NCBI GenBank assembly: GCA_041740615.1
Contig: JBGSLR010000097.1
Location: forward strand, 29,363 to 93,362
Direction: 5' to 3'
Source of the DNA: Desulfobacterales bacterium
GTDB taxonomy: Bacteria > Desulfobacterota > Desulfobacteria > Desulfobacterales > SURF-7
DNA: 64,000 bases
The translations under genes were made by a program, and so were the position numbers. Shown here piece by piece: positions 57,237-64,000 of the stretch (positions are counted from its first letter, which is position 1; each line of letters begins with the position of its first letter). Below the pieces are notes generated by a model. The model worked only from the letters and a program-made list of their open reading frames with translations. It was not told the origin of the DNA and ran no database searches.

Positions 57237-58076
57237 ATGTACATTAAATGTTGGGGTTCAAGAGGATCGATACCGGTATCGGGAAGGGCTTTCAACAAGT
57301 ATGGCGGCGATACCACCTGCCTGGAGATTCGAACCCGAAGCGACGATATCATCATCGTCGACGCCGGAACCGGCATCCGCAGGCTGGGCAACAAATTAAT
57401 CGACGAAAAACGCTACGAATATCATCTGCTGTTCACCCATGCCCATTGGGATCATCTCATGGGTTTCCCTTTTTTCAAGCCCCTGTTTACCCGCAAGGCG
57501 CACATCAAAACCTACCGCTGCCCGTTTCCCGGACGATATGTCGAAGACATGATTTCCAAGATTCTGGCCCCTCCGAATTTTCCGGTCAAGTATTCGGACT
57601 TGAGCGCCAATTTCATCTATAAGACAGGGTGTCCGGACATCATTACAATCGGATCCGTCACCGTGATCCCGATTCAGCTGAGTCATCCCAACGGCGGCAG
57701 CGGATACAAATTCATCGAGGGCGATAAGACCTTCGTGTTTTTGACCGACAATGAACTCGGCTTTGTGCACGCGGGTGGCCTTGCATACGCGGACTACCTT
57801 GGGCACGCCAAGGGCGCCGATCTTCTGATTCACGATGCCGAGTATACGCCGAAGGAATACCAGACCCAGATCGAGTGGGGGCATTCTTCTTACACCGATG
57901 CACTCGAGCTGGCGTTCCAGGCCGGTGTGAAACAGCTCGGTCTGTTTCATTTGAACCAGGAGCGCACGGACCGTCAGATGGATGGGATCGTCCGCACCTG
58001 CCGAAAGATCATCGGGGAACGGAAAGAGGCCCTGGAATGCTTTGCCGTGGCGAGTGATATGGAATTTCACCTGTAG
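57237..58076 (+). CDS. MBL-fold metallo-hydrolase
   Basis: WGSRGS, DAGTG, THAHWDH, HDAEY, WGHS. Confidence 0.88.
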   Translation: MYIKCWGSRGSIPVSGRAFNKYGGDTTCLEIRTRSDDIIIVDAGTGIRRLGNKLIDEKRYEYHLLFTHAHWDHLMGFPFFKPLFTRKAHIKTYRCPFPGRYVEDMISKILAPPNFPVKYSDLSANFIYKTGCPDIITIGSVTVIPIQLSHPNGGSGYKFIEGDKTFVFLTDNELGFVHAGGLAYADYLGHAKGADLLIHDAEYTPKEYQTQIEWGHSSYTDALELAFQAGVKQLGLFHLNQERTDRQMDGIVRTCRKIIGERKEALECFAVASDMEFHL

Positions 58077-58084
58077 TTTCGATT

Positions 58085-58837
58085 ATGAGAAATTCAAGTC
58101 ATATTGAAAGCGCAGCCCGGCAGATCGCCGCGGCGGACTATGTGGTCGCCTTGACCGGCGCGGGGATTTCCGTGGAGAGCGGTATCCCTCCCTTTCGCGG
58201 CAAAGGCGGACTGTGGGAAAAAATCGATCCCATGAAATATGCCCATATCCGGTCTTTCATGGCGGACCCGGCGGATGTGTGGCGGGTCCTGCTGCGGGAA
58301 ATGAAAACGCTGCTGGAGACGGCCGAGCCCAATGACGGTCATCGGGGACTGGCCCGCCTCGAAGAGATGGGGTTTCTGAAAACCATCATTACGCAAAATG
58401 TCGATGGGTTGCATCAACGCGCAGGCAACTCGGATGTCATTGAATTCCACGGTAGTTTTGCCGATTATTATTGTCTGGACTGCAATCTCCGGAAACGCTT
58501 CGGTGATATCGATCTGACTACGCTTCCGCCCCGCTGCGCATGCGGCGGCATTATCCGGCCGGATTGCGTGTTCTTCGGCGAGGCCATCCCCTTCAATTTT
58601 CTCCAACGATCCCGGGATGTCGCATCTCAATGCGACCTCATGCTGGTGATCGGCACCTCCGCACTGGTGCAGCCGGCGGCTTTTATGCCGGTCATCGCCA
58701 AGGACCATGGGGCCGTCGTGATTGAAATCAACCCCGAGCCGACCCCGCTGACCGGAAGCGTCAGCGACCTGTTGATTCAGGGCAACGCCGGTGCCTCGTT
58801 GAACGCCATCATCACCGCCCTGGAGCAGATGCGCTGA
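58085..58837 (+). CDS. cobB: NAD-dependent deacylase (sirtuin)
   Basis: TGAGISVESGIP, TQNVDGLH, HGS, zinc CxxC pairs, GTSALVQPA. Confidence 0.92.
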   Translation: MRNSSHIESAARQIAAADYVVALTGAGISVESGIPPFRGKGGLWEKIDPMKYAHIRSFMADPADVWRVLLREMKTLLETAEPNDGHRGLARLEEMGFLKTIITQNVDGLHQRAGNSDVIEFHGSFADYYCLDCNLRKRFGDIDLTTLPPRCACGGIIRPDCVFFGEAIPFNFLQRSRDVASQCDLMLVIGTSALVQPAAFMPVIAKDHGAVVIEINPEPTPLTGSVSDLLIQGNAGASLNAIITALEQMR

Positions 58838-58913
58838 TGTTCCGAAGACGGTATGCGATGTCGGATCGATGGATCCACCGGCGGCAACCTCTGCCGGCAG
58901 GAAGGGGAAGGTG

Positions 58914-60470
58914 ATGGGCACGGAACATCCTGGCTGGGTTCGGACCCTGCGCCTTGAAAAGCCCAGTCTGCAGGACAATACGGCCGATGCGGACCGGCTG
59001 CTCATGATGGTCAAGCGGCAATTGCATGTCGAAGATATCGAGATCGACCTTGCCTTGCTGCGCGAACTTCCGGGAGTATTGCGACGATGGGACTACCACG
59101 TTCGCTGCGTCGTTTTCAAAGACGGCGGCCACTTCCGTTTGACCGGCATCCTCGGCGGAGAGGAAGAAGCCGCGCCCATGGGTCTTGCGGTAGATCTGGG
59201 AACCTCGCGGGTAGTGGTCCGGCTGATCAATCTCGAAACGGGAAGCGCTATCGCGGAAACGTCCTTTGACAACCCCCAGATCGCCGTGGGGCCGGATATT
59301 CTGGCCCGTATCCATTTTGCCGATCAGACGCCGACGGGTCGGCAACAACTTCAGGATCTCATCGTCAACGGATTGAACCGCTGCATTGACCACCTGTGCC
59401 TCACGCACGCCGTGAACCCGGACCATCTTTTTCTGCTGTCGGTTGCGGGGAACACCGCCATGACCCATCTGTTCCTGAGACTCGATCCCCACTGGCTGAT
59501 CCGGGAGCCGTATATCCCGGTAGTGAATGCGCCGGCCGGTATCGACGCAGCGCAATTGGGCATCCGGGCCAATCCGTGTGCCCGGGTTCTGGTTTTTCCC
59601 AATGTGGGAAGTTATTTCGGCGGGGATCTGATCGCCGGAATCCTGTACGCTGGAATGCAGGATGGCGACGAAACCGCCATTCTGGTGGATGTGGGCACCA
59701 ATGCGGAAGTCGTGCTCGGCAACCGCCATTGGTTGATGGCCTGCGCCGGGGCCGCCGGCCCGGCCCTGGAAGGGGGCGTCACCAGAATGGGGATGATGGC
59801 CGGACCGGGGGTCATCGACCAGGTGGCCATCGATCCGCAAACCCGGAAGTTCCATATTCACACCATCGGGGAACAGCCTCCCAGGGGAATTTGCGGGTCG
59901 GGACTCATTGATCTCGCCGCTCAGATTTTTCTTGCCGGGATCATCGACATTCGCGGAAAATTGCAGCCCGAGCGGGCGCCAGGGCTGATCTTGGAAAAAG
60001 ACGGCATGCTCCATCTGACCGTCGCGTCGGCCGACATTTCCGCCACCGGAGAGCCGTTGACCATCAGTCAGGCCGACCTGGACAGTCTGGTGCGTTCCAA
60101 GGCCGCCATGTATACGATCCTGGAAACCATCACTACGACCGTGGGCGTTACCTTTCAAGATCTTTCCCGGTTCTATGTGGCTGGTACCTTCGGTGCTTTC
60201 ATTCGGCCGACTTCGGCCATTGCCATCGGCATGTTGCCGGATCTGCCGCTCGACACCTATCAGGTCCTGGGCAACAGTTCCCTTGCCGGCGCCGCCATGG
60301 TCCTGGAATGGGCGGATCGGATCGATGAAATCCGCCGGATTCGGGATCGGATCACCTATATGGAGCTGAATGTGAATCAGGAGTTGATGAACCGTTTCAG
60401 CGCCGCCAAGTTTTTCCCTCATACGGATGCACAGCGGTTTCCGTCGGTGCGGGTTTGGGATCGCCGATGA
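58914..60470 (+). CDS. ASKHA-type reductive activator of corrinoid proteins (RACo/DUF4445) lacking the N-terminal 2Fe-2S domain
   Basis: AVDLGTS, NPQ, GNTAMTH, DVGTNAE, AAGPALEG, GICGSG, AGTFG, GNSSLAGA. Start could be 58869. Confidence 0.85.
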   Translation: MGTEHPGWVRTLRLEKPSLQDNTADADRLLMMVKRQLHVEDIEIDLALLRELPGVLRRWDYHVRCVVFKDGGHFRLTGILGGEEEAAPMGLAVDLGTSRVVVRLINLETGSAIAETSFDNPQIAVGPDILARIHFADQTPTGRQQLQDLIVNGLNRCIDHLCLTHAVNPDHLFLLSVAGNTAMTHLFLRLDPHWLIREPYIPVVNAPAGIDAAQLGIRANPCARVLVFPNVGSYFGGDLIAGILYAGMQDGDETAILVDVGTNAEVVLGNRHWLMACAGAAGPALEGGVTRMGMMAGPGVIDQVAIDPQTRKFHIHTIGEQPPRGICGSGLIDLAAQIFLAGIIDIRGKLQPERAPGLILEKDGMLHLTVASADISATGEPLTISQADLDSLVRSKAAMYTILETITTTVGVTFQDLSRFYVAGTFGAFIRPTSAIAIGMLPDLPLDTYQVLGNSSLAGAAMVLEWADRIDEIRRIRDRITYMELNVNQELMNRFSAAKFFPHTDAQRFPSVRVWDRR

Positions 60471-60479
60471 TGATATCTT

Positions 60480-61082
60480 TTAGTTGATGTCATCTCCGAA
60501 CATCCGTCGAACGACTTCCTGGACCTGCGTCAGCCATTTCTCCCGTTGTTCCCATGTGCTCGTTACGACGACCGAGAAGGTCTCGCGGTAAACAGTTTGA
60601 ACGCCGCACAGTCCGAAAATGCAGTTCCTCCAGATGGTTTCCAATGGGTCGCCGAAAACCGTCACCTCTCGTTCCGCGACCGTATTGGAAGTATTGAAGA
60701 CGACAGCGGCTTTGGCTTTCAACAATCCAATTGGAACGCCTTCGCCGTTGTCCCCGTCCACGAATTGGTAGGCGACACCGGGGCGAATCACCCGGTCCAC
60801 CCATCCTTTGAGGATGGCCGGCGGTTGTCCCCACCAGTTGGGGTGGACGATGATGATGCCGTCCGCTGCGGCGATCTCTCGGCAATGGGCCGCCACCGCT
60901 TCTGGAAGCACGGTGTTTTTGGGAATTTCCGCGGCCGGAAGAATCGCATCAAATTGTTCGGCGACCAGATCATGGAAAACAACTTGATGGCCGTTTTTCA
61001 ACAGTTCCGCAACGGCGGTTCGGGCGATGGCATGATTGAAACTGCGCGGGTCGGGATGCGCTAAAATGACCACGAGGTGCAT
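60480..61082 (-). CDS. Flavodoxin-fold NAD(P)H:quinone oxidoreductase (MdaB/KefF family)
   Basis: AHPDPRSFN; PNWWGQPPAILKGWVDRV. Confidence 0.88.
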   Translation of the reverse strand: MHLVVILAHPDPRSFNHAIARTAVAELLKNGHQVVFHDLVAEQFDAILPAAEIPKNTVLPEAVAAHCREIAAADGIIIVHPNWWGQPPAILKGWVDRVIRPGVAYQFVDGDNGEGVPIGLLKAKAAVVFNTSNTVAEREVTVFGDPLETIWRNCIFGLCGVQTVYRETFSVVVTSTWEQREKWLTQVQEVVRRMFGDDIN

Positions 61083-61265
61083 GACGAATTGGTGTCCTTT
61101 GTTAATATCCTTAATTTTATAATATCTTTCGGCATCGTAAATTTTTTGCCTCACTGTGGTAAGTGGAACGTAGTAGTCTTTTATTTCAAGCAGCCTGTTT
61201 TTAGCTTGGGATAACTTTTCTTTAATAGATTGTTGCTTATTTTCATTGCCGATAAGCAGAAAATA

Positions 61266-62045
61266 TTACTTATGTCGATTTCGCTTTTTGTCCGTGCGGG
61301 GTTTGATCTCCTCGCCGGCCTGCTCCAACCAAAGCAGGGTGTCAATATAGGAAACGAACCGGTTCAGATAACTCGGCGATAACTGACGCATGGCGAAAAG
61401 CGAGCGCGTCACCAGCATCTGGGAATTGAGGGGGCCGGCATTTTCCGGGCGTTCCTTGATGGCGTGCGAGACCAATCTGTCGGAGTAGAGTTTCGTGCAG
61501 GTCTCCTTGAATAGGTGGAATGCGTTCAACTCCCGCTTATCTTTGCTCGTAGACGCACCATTCCGTGCCATGGAATTGCCGACCGACTGAAGGACTTCAT
61601 CCTCCTGCCGCCGTAGCAGATCATCAAAGGAGAGCGGCATGGTTTTCTTGTCCAGTACCTGGCCGCTTTTCTCAATCCGGTCTGTCAACGTGACAAGCGC
61701 ACTCTGCCGGGTAGTGCGCCGAAGCCTTGCGGCCAGCCGTTGCAGCCCTGTGAAGTCACCTTCTTCGAAAAGCGTCCGCGCCCGGTCGGTTGAATCGGGA
61801 TATTCCGAGGAAACACGGGCCATCATATCCGCCGCCGATGAACGCGCCTGGTCAACGCAATGCTGGTAGTCAACGAGGGCCGCCAGGGCTTTTCGCTCGA
61901 TCAGCCGACAAACCGCTCCGTGCTTTCCGATGGCTCTCCGGGCCAGGGACTCGATATAACAGAATCGGGCCGGATCGAAACGATGGGCTCCGTTTTCCAT
62001 CAGCGCGGCAAGACGCGGCCGAAGGGTGTCCTGCATTTCAGTCAC
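61266..62045 (-). CDS. DUF2894 protein (ZorG of Zorya type III)
   Basis: RFDPARF..IESLARRA; PENAGPLNS..LSPSYLNRFVSYIDTLLWLEQ. GTG start inferred from the overlap with the upstream gene. Confidence 0.75.
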   Translation of the reverse strand: MTEMQDTLRPRLAALMENGAHRFDPARFCYIESLARRAIGKHGAVCRLIERKALAALVDYQHCVDQARSSAADMMARVSSEYPDSTDRARTLFEEGDFTGLQRLAARLRRTTRQSALVTLTDRIEKSGQVLDKKTMPLSFDDLLRRQEDEVLQSVGNSMARNGASTSKDKRELNAFHLFKETCTKLYSDRLVSHAIKERPENAGPLNSQMLVTRSLFAMRQLSPSYLNRFVSYIDTLLWLEQAGEEIKPRTDKKRNRHK

Positions 62046-62679
62046 TGGTTGCCTCCCGGTTTTTGCTTTTTGGAACCGGCGCGATTTCCACTCGACGATT
62101 TCGAGACCGCCCTTTTTCGTCCCGGTTTGGAACCACCGGCTGGTGGTCACCGAATGCGGCTGCAAAAACAAGCGTCGGCGGCATTCCGGCCTGGATCAAC
62201 GCCCGTGTGACCGTCAGCGCCCGCTGGGCAGACAGATCCCAGTTGTCGTCGAACCGGGAATTGTCGTTATGGATCGGCAAGTCATCGGTAAACCCACTGA
62301 TCATCAACAGCTCGTCGCGTTCACCGAGATAGACACGGAGGGGCGCAACCAGGGTTTGGAGGAGTTCTTTTCCTGCCGGCTGCAATTGGGCGGAGTTCAG
62401 CAAAAACAGAACGCTGCCGCTGATACCGATACGGCCGTCGCGCAATGTCACCCGGCCTTGCGCGAGTGGATCGGCCAAGGCGTGTTCAAGCGCGATGCGG
62501 CGTTGTTCCTCCGCTTTTCGTTTGTCGATCTCGCTCTTCAGCGATTGGGAGAGTTCCACCTGGAACCCAAGGGTCCAGACCAAAAGGACGATGAATACAC
62601 CGACGAGTCCCGACATCAAGTCCCCGAAAATCGCCCAAATCGGCGGCGCATTCGATATGGCCTCTTCTAGTTCTTCCAT
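62038..62679 (-). CDS. MotB/OmpA-family protein (ZorB-like)
   Basis: WAIFGDLMSGL TM with conserved Asp; ISGFTDD; LSAQRA; NRRVEI. Confidence 0.85.
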   Translation of the reverse strand: MEELEEAISNAPPIWAIFGDLMSGLVGVFIVLLVWTLGFQVELSQSLKSEIDKRKAEEQRRIALEHALADPLAQGRVTLRDGRIGISGSVLFLLNSAQLQPAGKELLQTLVAPLRVYLGERDELLMISGFTDDLPIHNDNSRFDDNWDLSAQRALTVTRALIQAGMPPTLVFAAAFGDHQPVVPNRDEKGRSRNRRVEIAPVPKSKNREATSD

Positions 62680-64000
62680 TCGCCCGCTTCGAGAGTGACG
62701 TTGCTTTTTTGGCGGAGCTGTCGCAACTCTTCAAAAATTTCCTTTTGCGACAACATGCAATGATCGATAATTCCCCGTGCTTGGGCTACGTAATAACCCA
62801 ATTGCTCATCGCTCCGGGAGGTTGCTTTATCCAACGACTCCTCGATTCGGGCGAGATTCTCGATCAAATTTCCATTGGACGTGTTGAAGACAGTGACGGC
62901 GGCGCCGAACGTGTCGCCGAGACTTGCCATCTCCACCGCACTGACGGCGAAACTCTCCGCAATCTTGGAAAAATTCGATGCCTCCGAGCCCATATGTTCG
63001 GTAAAACGGCGGGCGACCTCTTCCAACATGCGTTTGGATGAATCGACCAGTTGTTCGATGGCTTCGTGTTGCTGATTCGAAGTCGACGCCAGGGAATGTG
63101 ACAGTGTGTCGAGTTCTGAAAGGATGCCGCGGTGTTCTTCGAGGAGGCGGTTATCGCGTTCAACACTTTTTGAGGCCTCCTGCCGCAACTGTCCGATGAC
63201 TTCCGCTGCGGCGCGCGGAACCTCCGAGGCCGTTTGAATCAGGCGTTTCATGGGATCTTCGAGCTCCTTGCCGATCCTCGTCAGGTGGGATGCAAGCGTG
63301 GATTCCAGAGTTGCGAGTCGCTCCACCGCAGCTTGTCCGCGACGATCTTCATCATCCCGGAGAGCGCCAAGCTCATTCCTCATCGCGGTTGTGATGGTAT
63401 CCACGCGCTCACTGTGGCTCGCAATCCATGTCGCTTCCGTCTCCATCCGGGTTCGAATCAGGTCTTCGGACGATTTCAATAGTCCCGTAACCTCATGGTG
63501 CATCCGGGTCGTGTTCGCCAAGGTATTGCCGGTCAGTTCGTGTATGGTCGCCTTGAGAGAATCGGCGATTTCTTGTTGTTGAGAAAGCGTTTTCTGATTG
63601 AGAGACGTAAGCATGGATTCGGCCATGTGCTCGAATTGTTCCTTGAACGCTTCAAGCGAGGTGCCCATGCGCTCTATCAATGCTCCGTTTGACAGGGCGT
63701 GAGCCTCCACGCCCGCTTTCCAGGACTTGGTGACTTCCTCCGACGTGACAACAAAGAGCCTGGAAAGTTCTTCGAGGTTTTCTTTGGTGGATAGGGTCAG
63801 CAGTCCGTGAACATGCTGCGTCTCCGCCGTGATGGCGGTCATGGCGTCTTGCAGGAGCGGTTTGATGTGGTCGCCCGCCAGGCGAACGCTTTCGATCAGG
63901 TTCTCCTGGTGCGTTTTGTTCACCGCAGCGGCGAGTTCGGCATAGATGGTCTTCGCCGATGTGTGAAACAGTTCTTGATTTGCGATCAATCGATCACCCA
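62667..64000 (-). CDS. DUF802/ZorA-like long helical tail (5' end beyond the window)
   Basis: Continuous alpha-helical ORF ending RSDEQLGYYVAQAR; overlaps the MotB-like gene. Confidence 0.7.
   Translation of the reverse strand, partial: GDRLIANQELFHTSAKTIYAELAAAVNKTHQENLIESVRLAGDHIKPLLQDAMTAITAETQHVHGLLTLSTKENLEELSRLFVVTSEEVTKSWKAGVEAHALSNGALIERMGTSLEAFKEQFEHMAESMLTSLNQKTLSQQQEIADSLKATIHELTGNTLANTTRMHHEVTGLLKSSEDLIRTRMETEATWIASHSERVDTITTAMRNELGALRDDEDRRGQAAVERLATLESTLASHLTRIGKELEDPMKRLIQTASEVPRAAAEVIGQLRQEASKSVERDNRLLEEHRGILSELDTLSHSLASTSNQQHEAIEQLVDSSKRMLEEVARRFTEHMGSEASNFSKIAESFAVSAVEMASLGDTFGAAVTVFNTSNGNLIENLARIEESLDKATSRSDEQLGYYVAQARGIIDHCMLSQKEIFEELRQLRQKSNVTLEAGEWKN

Noticed and set aside
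62038-64000. Flagellar motA/motB
   Set aside because: The partner has a very long helical tail and is followed by DUF2894, and there are no flagellar genes; Zorya fits better.

Overview
The window is chromosomal DNA from a moderately GC-rich anaerobe, most plausibly Desulfobacterota (inferred from CooC, RACo/ASKHA, DUF3786-FeS, polyferredoxin and many radical SAM genes). It holds about 52 CDS; I found no rRNA, tRNA, CRISPR array or transposase. There are four blocks. (1) 5-18 kb is a specialised lipid/acyl-modification cluster: B12-radical SAM, FAD oxidoreductase, HHxxxD acyltransferase, ACP, two AMP ligases, SPASM radical SAM, polysaccharide deacetylase, an MMPL-methyltransferase fusion and GT25. 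(2) 25.8-31.7 kb is a giant SLC12/CCC transporter fused to a P-loop NTPase and coupled to MscS. (3) 32-55 kb is the strongest candidate for an undescribed system, a putative anaerobic wax-ester/lipid-body locus. It encodes WS/DGAT with a C3H zinc-finger tail, tandem acyl-ACP-reductase-like paralogues (one with the catalytic Cys, one Cys->Gly), an Fe-ADH-SCP2 fusion, a lipase, an apolipoprotein-like 22-mer-repeat protein, PhaR/phasin-like proteins with no PHA synthase in the window, and two ABC1 kinases, and it carries a shared 17-bp operator. (4) The right edge holds part of a Zorya type III-like anti-phage operon. All calls come from motif recognition by eye; no database search was run.
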